Assembly: GCA_963725665.1 (NCBI GenBank)
Contig: CAVRZA010000002.1
Span: 448,001 to 512,000 of the forward strand
Source: an uncultured Actinomycetes bacterium
GTDB lineage: Bacteria > Actinomycetota > Thermoleophilia > UBA2241
Direction of reading: 5' to 3'
Length of the DNA: 64,000 nucleotides
This document shows, one piece after another, positions 48,313-59,176 of the stretch. The number at the start of each line of letters is the position of its first letter. Positions within the stretch are counted from its first letter, which is position 1. A program made the position numbers and the translations under genes. Under the pieces are notes generated by a model that was given only the letters and a program-made list of their open reading frames with translations, did no database searches and was not told where the DNA came from.

Positions 48313-49352
48313 ATGATGCGTTCGATTCCTAAGGTACTCTTTGTCGTTGTACTTGTGGCGGCGGTCGCCGCCGTCGGTCTCGCCGCCGGGTGCGGCAGTC
48401 GAGGCAACGTCCAGCAGTGCCTCGCCCAGCGCCGCCGCCAGCGTAGACAAGACCCAGGCGTTCAAGATCGGCATCAGCCAGTTCGTGACCCATCCGGCGC
48501 TCGATGCGACCGTCGAAGGCTTCAAGACCGCTCTGGCGGATGCCGGTTTCACCAACATCACCTACGACCTGCAGAACGCCCAGGCCGACATGCCGACCAC
48601 CTCGACGCATCGCGCAGAAGTTCGCCGGCGAGGGACCTCGATCTGATCCTCGGCGTCGCGACGCCGAGCTCGCAGGCGCTGGCCAAGGCCATCACGACGA
48701 CGCCCATCGTCTTCTCGGCGGTCACCGACCCGGTCGGCGCGGGGCTCGTCACGGACCCCGGCGCTCCCGACGCCAACGTGACCGGCGTCAGCGACATGCA
48801 GCCGGTGGAGCCGATCCTCGACCTCGTCAAGCAGCTCAAGCCCGACGCCAAGGCGGTCGGCGCCATCTACAACGCCGGCGAGTCGAACTCGGTCTTCCTC
48901 GTGAATGCCGAGAAGAAGTACGCGCCCTCGCTGGGTCTCGAGATCGTCGATGCCACCGCCGGCACGTCGGCTGAGGTGCAGGCCGCCGCCCAGTCGCTCA
49001 TCGGACGCGTCGATGCCATCACGGTCATCGGCGACAACATCGCCGTGACTCGGCGCTCGAGTCGATCGTCAAGGTCTGCAACGAGAACGACATCCTGCTG
49101 CTCGCCGGCGACCCCGACAGCGTCAAGCGTGGTGCCGCGGCGGGCTACGGTTTCGACTACACGACCGTGGGCAAGGAGGCTGGTATGGTGGCCGCGCAGA
49201 TCCTCAGCGGCACGCCGGTCGCGGACGTCCCGGTGGTGTTCGTCAAGGACAAGCCTGAGAACCTGCAGCTCTCGGTCAACGAGAAGGCAGCCAAGGCCCA
49301 GGGGGTCACCCTCCCCGCCGACCTGATCAGCCAGGCCGTCAACAAGTTCTGA
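48313..49352 (+). CDS. ABC substrate-binding lipoprotein (TrpX-like aromatic amino acid family), about 4 frameshifts
   Basis: LAAGC lipobox; IGISQFVTHPALD, ATPSSQA, FSAVTDPVGAGLV, TGVSD, YNAGESNS spread over different frames. Confidence 0.8.
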
Positions 49353-49454
49353 TCGACCGCGGCCCTCGCATGACATGAGGGCCGCGGACGAGGTAGTGTG
49401 CCGAGAGCCGGGGTCGTCACGACCCCGGCTCTCGGCGATCAGGAGACGGCATCC

Positions 49455-50357
49455 TTGGAGACCATCCTCACCAGCGCGCTCGGACAGGGGCTGCTGTACT
49501 GCTTCATGGTGCTGGGCGTCTTCATCACGTTCCGTGTGCTCGACTTCCCCGACCTCACGGTCGACGGGAGCTTGCCGCTCGGCGCGGCCGTCTCCGCGGC
49601 TCTCATCGTGAACGGACAGCCGCCGTGGCTGGCGACGCTCATAGGCGTCAGCGCCGGGGTGTGTGCCGGGCTCGCGACCGGCGGCCTGCACATCCTTCTC
49701 AAGTCGGGTGAGAGCGACAGCAACAACTACGGTCCCAAGCTGCTTGCCGGCATCCTCACGATGACGGCGCTCTACACGGTGAACCTGCGTGTGATGGGCC
49801 GCAGCAACACCCCCCTGCTGGGGATCGATACGGTCTTCGAGAAGCTCGCCGGAGTCCTCGCGACTCCGATCACGCCCTGGGTCCTGGTCGCGGTGCTGGC
49901 GGTGCTCATGGTCGCCGTGAAGTACCTGATCGACTGGTTCTTGCACACCGAGTTCGGTCTGTGCATGCAGGCGACCGGCGACAACGAGCAGATGATCCGC
50001 GCCACGGGCACGAACACCGACCTGATGCGTGTCATCGGCCTGGGTGTGGCCAACGGCCTGGTCGCGCTCAGCGGTGCTCTGGTCGCCCAGCAGCAGGGCT
50101 TCGCCGACGTCGGCATGGGCATCGGTACCATCGTCGCCGGCCTCGCCGGCGTGATCATCGGCGAGGTCCTCTTCGGCGCCAGGAGCATCAGTTGGGTGCT
50201 CTTCAGCGTGGTCGGCGGGTCCATCGTCTACCGGCTGCTGATCGCCGTCAGCCTGCGCTTCGGCATCGCGCCCACCGACCTGAAGCTGCTCACCGCCGTC
50301 CTCGTCGTCGCGGCGCTGTCGATCCCGACGGTGCGCAGCAAGGTGGTGCGCGTGTGA
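49455..50357 (+). CDS. ABC transporter permease
   Basis: FPDLTVDGSLPLG, LLAGILTM, GFADVGMGIGTIV. Confidence 0.92.
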   Translation: METILTSALGQGLLYCFMVLGVFITFRVLDFPDLTVDGSLPLGAAVSAALIVNGQPPWLATLIGVSAGVCAGLATGGLHILLKSGESDSNNYGPKLLAGILTMTALYTVNLRVMGRSNTPLLGIDTVFEKLAGVLATPITPWVLVAVLAVLMVAVKYLIDWFLHTEFGLCMQATGDNEQMIRATGTNTDLMRVIGLGVANGLVALSGALVAQQQGFADVGMGIGTIVAGLAGVIIGEVLFGARSISWVLFSVVGGSIVYRLLIAVSLRFGIAPTDLKLLTAVLVVAALSIPTVRSKVVRV

Positions 50358-51163
50358 GCGCCCCCGCCACACTCACGCTGCGCGGCGCGCGCAAGGTGTT
50401 CTTCCCCGGCACCGTCAATGAGGTGGAAGCGCTCGCCGGGATCGACCTCGACGTGCCCGCGGGTCAGTTCGTGAGCATCATCGGCTCCAACGGGTCGGGC
50501 AAGTCGACCCTGCTCAACGCTATCGCCGGCACCTTCCGCCTCACTTCCGGGAGGGTCCTGCTGGACGAAAGGGACGTGTCACGGCAGCCTGAACACGTTC
50601 GCAGCCGGTCGATCGGGAGGGTGTTCCAGGACCCGCGCGCCGGTACGGCGCCGTCCATGACGATCGAGGAGAACATCGCCATCTCACTCCTGCGCTCGCG
50701 GCGCAGCGGGCTGCGGCGGGGCGTGACGAACTCCCGGCGGGCGGTCATGAGGAAGCAGTTGACGCCGTTGCACATGGGCCTCGAGCAGCGGCTGGGAGCG
50801 CAGGTGCTCAAGCTGTCTGGCGGGCAGCGGCAGGCCCTGTCGCTGCTCATGGCGACGATCGCCGAGCCCAGCCTGTTGTTGCTCGACGAGCACACGGCGG
50901 CTCTCGACCCCAAGGTGGCGGCGACGATCATGGACCTCACGGAGGCCATCGTCGTCGAGCGCGGCCTGACGACGCTCATGGTCACGCACAACATGGACCT
51001 CGCGCTGCGCTACGGCGACCGGCTGATGATGATGCACGCCGGGCGCGTCGTGCTCGACATCGACCGCGCTCAGAAGGAGATCCTGACGGTAGCTGACCTC
51101 GTCGCCAAGTTCCACGACGTCGCCGGCGAGGCGCTCGCCGTCGACCGTCTCCTGCTCGACTGA
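50354..51163 (+). CDS. ABC transporter ATP-binding protein
   Basis: GSNGSGKST, VFQDP, LSGGQRQ, LLLDEHTAALDP. Confidence 0.94.
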   Translation: MSAPATLTLRGARKVFFPGTVNEVEALAGIDLDVPAGQFVSIIGSNGSGKSTLLNAIAGTFRLTSGRVLLDERDVSRQPEHVRSRSIGRVFQDPRAGTAPSMTIEENIAISLLRSRRSGLRRGVTNSRRAVMRKQLTPLHMGLEQRLGAQVLKLSGGQRQALSLLMATIAEPSLLLLDEHTAALDPKVAATIMDLTEAIVVERGLTTLMVTHNMDLALRYGDRLMMMHAGRVVLDIDRAQKEILTVADLVAKFHDVAGEALAVDRLLLD

Positions 51164-51247
51164 TACCCGCCCTGGTGATCTCGTTGCTCGTGCCTGCGCG
51201 GCCGCGTGAGGAGCCCTTCGCGCGGCCGGCCGGGACGTCCGGCCGAG

Positions 51248-52743
51248 TCAGCTCCGGAGCTCGCGATCGGCGGCTTCGAGGATCGCTGTCGAGCTCTCTC
51301 GCCTTGTCGTCGGCGAGCGGCTCCGGCCGGTAGCGCTGCAGGATCTCGATGCCGCGCTCGCGCGCGACCTCGAGAGGATCCCGGTAGCGGCCCGTCGACT
51401 CCAGTTCGTGCGCCAGGCCGCGCATCATCGCCGCCGGCATGTGGGCGCGCGTGTGACGGTGTCGCCAGGTAGTGCCCGCCCGGCCCGACGTCATCGACGA
51501 CCTCCAGCGCGAGCTCGTCATCGTCGACGGGGATGTCGAGCACCCCGAAGCGCACGCGATGGTAGAGCTCGTCGTCGAGGACCATCTTCTCGGGACTGAA
51601 GAGGGTGTAGGTCTTGGAGAGGCCGATGGCCGTGAACGTCTCGGCCCTGTCGAGCGCCGCGAAGGTGAGCGGGTGGAGCTCTTCCATGGTCGACTGCCAG
51701 GAGTCGGTGGCCACGGCGTCGGTACCGCCGTAGCCGGCCATCGTCGGCAGCCCCACGTGGTGCATCAACTCGGTGGGGAGGAAGAACCCTCGGCTGTCGA
51801 GCGGGAAGCTCACCGTCGCACCGGTGCGCGGGTCGGCGTACACCTGGAAGATGGCGCCCAGGACCGGTGCTCCGGGGTGGGCGAGCTGGAGGACGACGGC
51901 GCCGGCGACGACCTCGGCGAGGCCGAGAGCGTAGGCCCCGGCCTTCGTCGCCGGCGCCGTCGTGCCCAGCGTAGGCATGCTCACGAAGCACACCGGCACG
52001 CCGGCTTCGGCGAAGACCAGCGCCGCCTCGATGCCGTCGCGGTCGAGGACCAGGGGCGAGACGGTGCCGATGAGATTCGACAACACCGGCTTGGCGCGCA
52101 ACGCCTCGCGGCCGCCGGCGACGACCTCGGCCATGGCGACCGCGTGCCGCGCGTGCCGCTTGCCCTGCACCATGCCCTGAAGATGCTTGACCGTGTTGTT
52201 CCAGCCGGCGTCGAGCTCGTGGAGCTGAGCGGTCTGCCCGCAGTCACCGGCGCCGACTGTCGGCCACCAGAAGCAGATCGAGCCGAGGTAGTCCTGCATG
52301 CGCGTGACCTCGGCGACGTCTGCCTTGGTCGAGAGGCGGCGCTCGCCGGTCATCCAGTCGATGACCTCGATGCCGCAGCCGTCGGTCGTGCCGTAGGAGT
52401 AGCCGCTCGCCAGGTCGAGGTCGCAGGAACCGTCGCGCGAGCCGAACCAGAACGAGCGCGGCGCTGTGGCCAGCGCGCGTGAGACGAGCTCGGCCGGCAG
52501 CCTCGCCGTCTCACGCGCGCCGTCGACCACGGCGCCGCGCTCGGCGAGCAGGCGCAGCGTGTCGGGCGAGAGAACCTTCACGCCGGTCCTCTCGAGAATA
52601 TCGAAGGCCGCCGTCGCCAGACGATCGAGCTGTTGCGGTGTGTGCATGCTCAAGGCGAAATCGCTGCGCAGCGGCGCCAGCGGCTGGCGGCGCATATCTT
52701 CTTGCGCTCCTTGCACCACGTCTTGTGACTCTGGCTGTGTCAT
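51248..52743 (-). CDS. MttB-superfamily (trimethylamine methyltransferase-like) non-pyrrolysine member; frameshifts near 51465 and 51288
   Basis: ILERTGV, LATAP, VSPL, LGTTAPAT, GLPTMAGYGGTDA, SPEKMVLDDE, VGPGGHYL; no TAG in the region where MttB carries Pyl. Confidence 0.85.
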
Positions 52744-53170
52744 CCGCTCGGGCTCCCTGCTGTCGGTGCGTCGCACCACGCCGCGAAGGAGTCTAGCATC
52801 TCGGCGAACGAGTCGGTCAGCCAAGACCGCGTGCCTGTTCGGGAGGTCGGGTGGTTCATCGCGATCCGCTTCGTCGCGCGGTCCTTGTCCCGGCGACTCC
52901 GAGCGCGACCTCGGCGTTCGCTTGTCTTCGGTGAGCCAGCCAGGCAATACTTGCGCGGATGCGACGAGCGCTCCCCGGATGCGAGCCCGAGCACTGGTTA
53001 GACTGAGGTACGGCAGTCCGGGAACAGAGCCGGGCGATGATTGCAGTGCGATGACGCATCCGTCTTAATGAAGAGGATGGGGCAGAGGCTGTGCCGGCCT
53101 GGACCGGCACCGACGCGAGTGGTACGGGTCCCGGCTCGAAAGGGCCGGGCCACCAAGGGGGTGGCAGTAG

Positions 53171-54379
53171 ATGCACGACGACCGTGACGTCGGCCTGGGG
53201 CCGGCCGAGCAAGCAGAGCGCCTGGCGCAAGAGGTATGCGAGGGGCGGCTCAGCCGACGTGAGTTCATCACACGTGCCGCGGCGCTGGGCCTGGGAGTGT
53301 CGGCCATCGGGACTCTCCTGGCTGCTTGCGGTACGACCTCGAACTCCAGCGCGACCGCCAGCGCGTCGCCGGCGGCGATGGACACGACGCTCCCTAAGAA
53401 GCTCTACATCTACAACTGGAGCGACTACTCCTCGCAGCAGGTCTACGACGACTTCAAGAAGCAGTACGGCATCACGGTCGTGGAGAGCTTCTACGACGGC
53501 AACGAGACCCTGAACACCAAGCTGAGGGCCGGCGCCGGCGGCTACGACGTGGTGTTCCCGACCGACAAGTGGGTGAGCATCAACGCCAAAAGTGGCCTCA
53601 TCCAGCCGCTGAACATGAGCCTGATCCCCAACTTCGCCAAGTACGTCACCCAGCCGCTCTTCAAGGCGCCGCCGTTCGACGACCCTGCCAAGCAGGGCGG
53701 CAAGAAGTACTCGGTGCCCTACATGTTCGGCACGACCGGCATCGGCATCCGGCGCGACAAGGTGCCGAGCGTCGACTCCCTCGACTCCTGGGCCATCATG
53801 TGGGACGCGGCGTGGAAGCGGGACATCTCAATGCTTGACGAGCCTGTCGAGTGCGTCAACGCTGCCCTCATGTACCTGGGGTATCCGGCCAACTCGACCG
53901 ACCAGAGCCAGATCGACGCCGCCATCAACAAGCTCATCGAGCAGAAGCCCCTGGTGGTGCAGTACACCTCGACCGTCGACAAGCGCGAGATGATCCAGGG
54001 CGTGCCGCTGGTGCACTGCTGGGACGGCGACGCGGCGGCGGCCATGAAGGACATCGGACAGGCGAAGCTGCGCTACATGCTGCCCAAGGAAGGATTCATG
54101 CTGTGGATGGACGGCATCGCCATCCCCGCGACGGCGCCCAGCCCCTACGCCGCGCACCTCTTCCTCAACTTCATCCTCGATCCGGTGAACGCCGGGGCGG
54201 CGGCCACCTACATCGGTTATCAGCCGGCCGTCGAGGCGGCCATGCAGTACATCACCGACCCCGTGCAGAAGGCGATGCGGCCGACGCCCGAGCTCCTCGA
54301 CAAGGGCCAGCTGCCCAAGGACCTGGGCGCCTTCGAGCAGATGTACCAGGACGCCTGGGCCAAGGTGAAGAGCTCCTGA
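53171..54379 (+). CDS. PotD/PotF-type polyamine ABC binding protein, Tat lipoprotein
   Basis: SRREF twin-arginine, LLAAC lipobox, YNWSDY, GYDVVFP, PYMFGTTGI, WDGD, PKEG. Confidence 0.9.
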   Translation: MHDDRDVGLGPAEQAERLAQEVCEGRLSRREFITRAAALGLGVSAIGTLLAACGTTSNSSATASASPAAMDTTLPKKLYIYNWSDYSSQQVYDDFKKQYGITVVESFYDGNETLNTKLRAGAGGYDVVFPTDKWVSINAKSGLIQPLNMSLIPNFAKYVTQPLFKAPPFDDPAKQGGKKYSVPYMFGTTGIGIRRDKVPSVDSLDSWAIMWDAAWKRDISMLDEPVECVNAALMYLGYPANSTDQSQIDAAINKLIEQKPLVVQYTSTVDKREMIQGVPLVHCWDGDAAAAMKDIGQAKLRYMLPKEGFMLWMDGIAIPATAPSPYAAHLFLNFILDPVNAGAAATYIGYQPAVEAAMQYITDPVQKAMRPTPELLDKGQLPKDLGAFEQMYQDAWAKVKSS

Positions 54380-54553
54380 ACCGAGATCGGCGCCAGGGGT
54401 GAGAGCGTGGGGCGGCGCCGGCCGCTGCGGGCGAGTGAGTCTCGCCCGCAGCGGCCGGCGCCGCCCCCTTTGGTAGCATTGCAGAGCCCGGGTCGCCGGC
54501 TGGCCCAGGCGCCCGGCGAGCGACAATCGCGACCTCGAGGGGGTGGTTGCACG

Positions 54554-55951
54554 GTGGAACCGACGATCCCGACACGCATGGGCGACGGCTCCTTCGCCCA
54601 TCTGACGCGCAGCGAGATCGAAGCCGAGCTCGAAGCGGGCACCCAGGCCGCGGTCAAGCGCGCCAAAGTGCCGCCGCTGACACAGGATGAGCTCAACCAC
54701 CTGCTTGACATCTACGCGTCCCCAGCCCGCTTCACGGGGGTCGATGTGGGCGACGAGGTGGTCCTGAGTTGCGACGGCACCGGCATGAAGACGCACGCCA
54801 CGCGCACCCAGGACCTGCAGGCCTACGAGCAGTGGATGGGTGCCGACCTGCTGGAGCTCTGCGTGGGCGACTACTCGCTCAAGGTGGTGCGCACGATCAT
54901 GCCCTATGAGGCCCAGGTCATGCATGACGCGCTGCTCGCCACCGTGGCTCCGCTGCAGTACGGCGTCATGCCCAACCTGGGCCTCTACTCCAAGCCCGAC
55001 GGCCCCTGCGAGAACTGGTCCACGCTGCTCCCCGAAGCACGCATCGCCGAGGCGCGCGCCGCCGAGGAGGAAGCGGCCGCGATGGCGACCGACGACATGG
55101 TGCGCCTCGCCGAATCGCAGGTCGAGGCCGGCGCCGACGCCATCGACTGGGACACGACGGCTGCCTCGGGCGACCCCGAGTTCTACGCCACGCTCAAGGC
55201 GACCGAGATCATCCGCAAGCGCTACCCGGACTTCGGCGTGCAGCTCGGCATGGCCGCCGAGTTCGTCCTCGGCATGCACGGCGAGCTGACCTACGACGGG
55301 GTGCGCCTGGCTGGCCTCTGGCCGCGCGAGCAACTGCTCGTGGCGCAGAAGGCGGGGGTGACGATGTTCGGCCCCGTGGTCAACGTCAACACCGGCAAGA
55401 GCGCCGCCTGGAACGTGGCCCGCGCCTGCACGCTGGTGAAGCCCTGCATGGACGTGGCCGAGATCCCCGTGCACATGAACGCCGGCATGGGCGTCGGCGG
55501 CGTGCCCATGTTCGTACACCCGCCGGGCGATGCCGTCTGCCGCGCCGCCAAGGCCTTCGTCGACGTCCTGCGCTTGGACGGCTTGTAGGTAGGCTCGGGC
55601 GATCCCCACGGGATGCACAACGCCCACGCTCAGGCTGCGGGCATGGGCGGTATGCGAGCCGGCGGAGACCTGGTGGCTCGGATGCAGATGACCCGCGGCA
55701 TGAGACTCAAGGAGGCAAAGGCCTACGTGGCCGAGAAGCTGGGTGTGACGCCCTTCGACCTCTCCGACCCCGTCGTCATGACGGAGGTGCGCAGCGAGCT
55801 GGGCTTCGGGCGTATCCACTCCTACGCCATCAGCCAGCCCTGGCAGGCCAACATGATCGAGGCCAAGTTCAACATCGCCCGTGTGCTCGACATCCCCATC
55901 AACTGTGTCGAGCAGTTCAAGCGGCGCACGAGCCAGGAGGTGCAGACGTGA
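54554..55951 (+). CDS. mtbB: MtbB-family methyltransferase paralog 2, in-frame TAG (55586-55588) read as pyrrolysine
   Basis: Same motifs as paralog 1; RLDGL-TAG-VGSGDPHGM..AAGMGGMRAGGDLVARM; 465 aa with read-through. Confidence 0.9.
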
Positions 55952-57361
55952 GCACGGCGGGCGAGAACAGGATCCCCACTCGCATGGGCGACGGCGGGCT
56001 CGTCGAGCTGACGCGCAGCGAGCTGCGGGCGGAGATCGAGGAGGGAACGCAGGCGGCGGCCAAACGGGCAAAGGTACCGCCGCTGACCGAGGATGAGCTG
56101 GCGCACCTGCTCGACATCTTCGCCTCAGCGGCGGCCTTCGTATCGGTCGAGCAGGGGGACCAGCTCATCCTCTCCTGCGACGGTACCGGCAGCCAGATCG
56201 CCAGCTCCCGTCTCGAGGACCTGCGCGAGTGGGAGGCGACCCTGGGCTCGGACTTGGTCGAGCTCTACCACGTCGACTACTCCTACAAGGCGATCAAGAC
56301 GATCCGCCACGTCGAGCAGCAGGCAATGCGCAACGTGCAGCTGCTGCTCACCGTGCCCGTGCAGTACGGGGCGATGCCCAACCTCGGGCTCTACTCATGG
56401 CCCGACGGCCCCGTCCCGAACTGGTCCGAGCTCATGCCTCAGGGCAGGATCGAGGAGGCGCGCGCGGCGCAGGAGGAGGCCGTCGAGATGGCGGTCGAGG
56501 ACATGGTCTTCGTCGGCGAGGGCATGTGGGAAGCCGGCGCCGACGGGATCGACTTCGATACCGCCGGCGCCGCCGGCGACGCCGACTTCCTGGCCACGCT
56601 GCGCGCCGTGGAGGAGCTGCGCCGCCGCTGTCCCGACATCGGCATAGAGCTCGGCATGGCCGCCGAGTTCGTGCTCGGCATGCACGGCGAGCTGAGCTAC
56701 GACGGCGTCCGCCTCGCCGGCCTGTGGCCCAAGGACCAAGCCAGGCTGGCGGCCAAAGCCGGGGCGACCATGTTCGGCCCCGCCATCAACGTCAACACCG
56801 GCAAGACCGTCGCCTGGAACACGGCGCGTGCCCTGACGATCGTCAAGCCCTGCTGTCAGGAGTCGACCATCCCCGTGCACATGAACGTCGGGATGGGCGT
56901 CGGCGGGGTGCCGATGACCCCGTTCCCGCCCGCCGACGCCGTCTCGCGCGTGGCCACGGCCTGCCGTGAGGTCGGCCGCCTCGACGGGTTGTAGGTGGGC
57001 ATCGGCGACGCTGTGGGCATGCACAGCGCGCACGTGCACGCCGCGGGCATGGGCGGTATGAGGGCTGCCGGAGACCTGGTGGCCCGCATGCAAATGACTC
57101 GCGGCATGCGCCTGACGGAGGCGAAGGGGCACGTGGCAGGCTAAGCTCGGCGTCGGCGTGCGCGATCTCTCCGATCCCTACATCATGACCGACCTGCGCG
57201 GCGAGCTCGGCCTGGGCAGGGTGCCCGAGCACGACACCTTCCGCGTCGACGAGCCGGCGGCCATCGAGGCCAAGTTCCATATCGCCGAGCTGCTCGACGT
57301 GCCGGTCAACTCGGTCGCGCGCTTCAAGGAGCGCACGGCGGAGGGCTGGAGGCGCGCCTAG
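55948..57361 (+). CDS. mtbB: MtbB-family methyltransferase paralog 3, in-frame TAG (56992-56994); extra-base frameshift near 57139
   Basis: RLDGL-TAG-VGIGDAVGM..AAGMGGMRAAGDLVARM; homologous C-terminus (KLGV..DLSDP..IEAKFHIAELLDVPVNSV) continues in the +1 frame; GTGA-coupled to paralog 2. Confidence 0.85.
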
Positions 57362-57570
57362 GGAAGGGGGCCGGGCGGGGCCGAGACCATCTTCTGCCCG
57401 CTCTTGGCCGCCGTTTACGTTGCCGCAGCCGCCTTTTGGCTGTACCATGCGAAATGCCGGAGCTTGTGAACCGAGGCTCAAAACACCCGGCAGAGCGCGG
57501 GCGGACGCGGTGTCCGGCGGCGCCGGCAAGACGAGAACCCATCCAGACGAGAAAGTAGGCTCTCAGGATC

Positions 57571-58122
57571 ATGCTCACCGTCATCGACGACGCCGCGATC
57601 GACGAGACCCTGGCGGCGATCAAGGAGGAGTCGGGGGAGGACCCGCGGCTCTGCTACCAGTGCGGTAAGTGCAGCGCGGGCTGCCCCGTGCACGCCTGGT
57701 TCGACCTGCCGCCGAACAAGGTGCTGCACCTGCTTCAGTTGGGGCGCTTCGAGGAGGTCCTCACCTCGCGCACGGCGCAGCTCTGCGCCTCGTGCTACGC
57801 GTGCAGCATGCGCTGCCCCAAGGAGATCGACATCGGCCGCCTCATCGACACCGCGCGCAACATCTGCCACAAGCGCGGCCTCGTGCCCGTCGACGGCCGC
57901 GCGAAGACCTTCCACCGTACTTTCCTCAAGAACGTCCGCCGTCACGGGCGGCTCAACGAGCTCGAATTGGCGGCCTTCCACAACCTCGCACAGGGCAAGC
58001 CCTTCAGCGACGCCGACATCGCCCCGAAGCTGTTCTTCAAGGGCAAGCTACACATCGGGCTCGGCGGCCGCGCCGATGGCGAGATAGGGCGCATCTTCGA
58101 GAAGACGGTGGGCAGGCTATGA
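57571..58122 (+). CDS. hdrC: Heterodisulfide reductase subunit C-like ferredoxin
   Basis: CYQCGKCSAGCP and CASCYACSMRCP; HGRLNE. Confidence 0.9.
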   Translation: MLTVIDDAAIDETLAAIKEESGEDPRLCYQCGKCSAGCPVHAWFDLPPNKVLHLLQLGRFEEVLTSRTAQLCASCYACSMRCPKEIDIGRLIDTARNICHKRGLVPVDGRAKTFHRTFLKNVRRHGRLNELELAAFHNLAQGKPFSDADIAPKLFFKGKLHIGLGGRADGEIGRIFEKTVGRL

Positions 58123-59039
58123 GCCCGGAGGAAGCAGTGCTGACGCGCGACGACGAGGCGACACCCGCCGTCACGCAGCGTACCTGGGCCTACTACCCCG
58201 GCTGCTCGCTGGAATCGTCGTCGCGGGATTTCGATCTCTCCTCGCGTGCGGTCCTGACCGCCCTTGGCGCGGACCTCGTCGAGCTGGAGGGATGGGCGTG
58301 CTGCGGCGGCTCCTCCGCGCACCAGGTCGACCATACCCTGGGCGTGGCCCTGCCGGCGCGCAATCTGCGGCTGGCTGAGGAGCTTGGGCTCGACGTCGTC
58401 ATGCCGTGCCCCGCCTGCTCGGCGCGGCATCTCGCCGCCAACTTCGAGCTGGGCGATCCCGTGCGAGCCGAGCGCATCAACGTCGTTCTCGACAAGCCGG
58501 CCGCCGGCAGTTCGCGCGTGTTGAACATCCTCGAGGCGCTCGACGAGGCCACGCGCGAGCTTCCCGCAGGTGTCTTGCGCACCCGCGTCGATCTCAAGGT
58601 GGTGCCCTACTACGGCTGCCTGCTCACCCGGCCGTGCGCTGGGGTCAGCTACGACGATCCCGAAGATCCGGTCACCATGGACCGTCTGGCCGAGATGGTT
58701 GGCGCGACGGTGTTGCCCTGGAGCTTCAAGACCGAGTGCTGCGGCGCCTCGCTCTCGTTCTTCGAGAAGGACGCCGTGCTCGTGAACTCCGCCAAGCTGC
58801 TCGACATGGCCGCGCAGGCGGGCGCTCAAGCCATCGTCACGGCCTGCCCCTTGTGCCACCAGAACCTCGACTTGCGCCAGGCGCAGCTCGAGAAGCGCGA
58901 GGGCAAGAAGTTCGGCATGCCCGTCTACTACGTGACCGAGCTGCTGGGCCTCGCGCTCGGCTTGACGCCCCAGGAGCTCGGCATCGACCTGCACGCCGTC
59001 GAGGCCGTCGAGCCGCTGCGCGGCGCGCTCGCCGTCTGA
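58119..59039 (+). CDS. hdrB: Heterodisulfide reductase subunit B-like (CCG domains)
   Basis: YYPGCSL, WACCG, YYGCLL, KTECCG, ACPLCHQNLD. Confidence 0.92.
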   Translation: MSPEEAVLTRDDEATPAVTQRTWAYYPGCSLESSSRDFDLSSRAVLTALGADLVELEGWACCGGSSAHQVDHTLGVALPARNLRLAEELGLDVVMPCPACSARHLAANFELGDPVRAERINVVLDKPAAGSSRVLNILEALDEATRELPAGVLRTRVDLKVVPYYGCLLTRPCAGVSYDDPEDPVTMDRLAEMVGATVLPWSFKTECCGASLSFFEKDAVLVNSAKLLDMAAQAGAQAIVTACPLCHQNLDLRQAQLEKREGKKFGMPVYYVTELLGLALGLTPQELGIDLHAVEAVEPLRGALAV

Positions 59040-59070
59040 CGCAGGGCCCGGCCCTCAAAGCCTGATCGAT

Positions 59071-59115
59071 GACGGGCGGGGCGCCCCATCCGTGGGATGG
59101 GGCGCCCCGCCCGTC
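59071..59115. terminator. Bidirectional hairpin between hdrB and fbaB
   Basis: 21-bp stem gacgggcggggcgccccatcc/ggatggggcgccccgcccgtc. Confidence 0.75.
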
Positions 59116-59176
59116 GTTTCTTGCGCGCCGCCCCGTCGTGTTCGACGGCAGCGGCCGCGCCGGCCTTATGCGAACC

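Noticed and set aside
52740-52859. 39-aa ORF overlapping the mttB start
   Set aside because: No recognisable motif and weak RBS; cannot be supported
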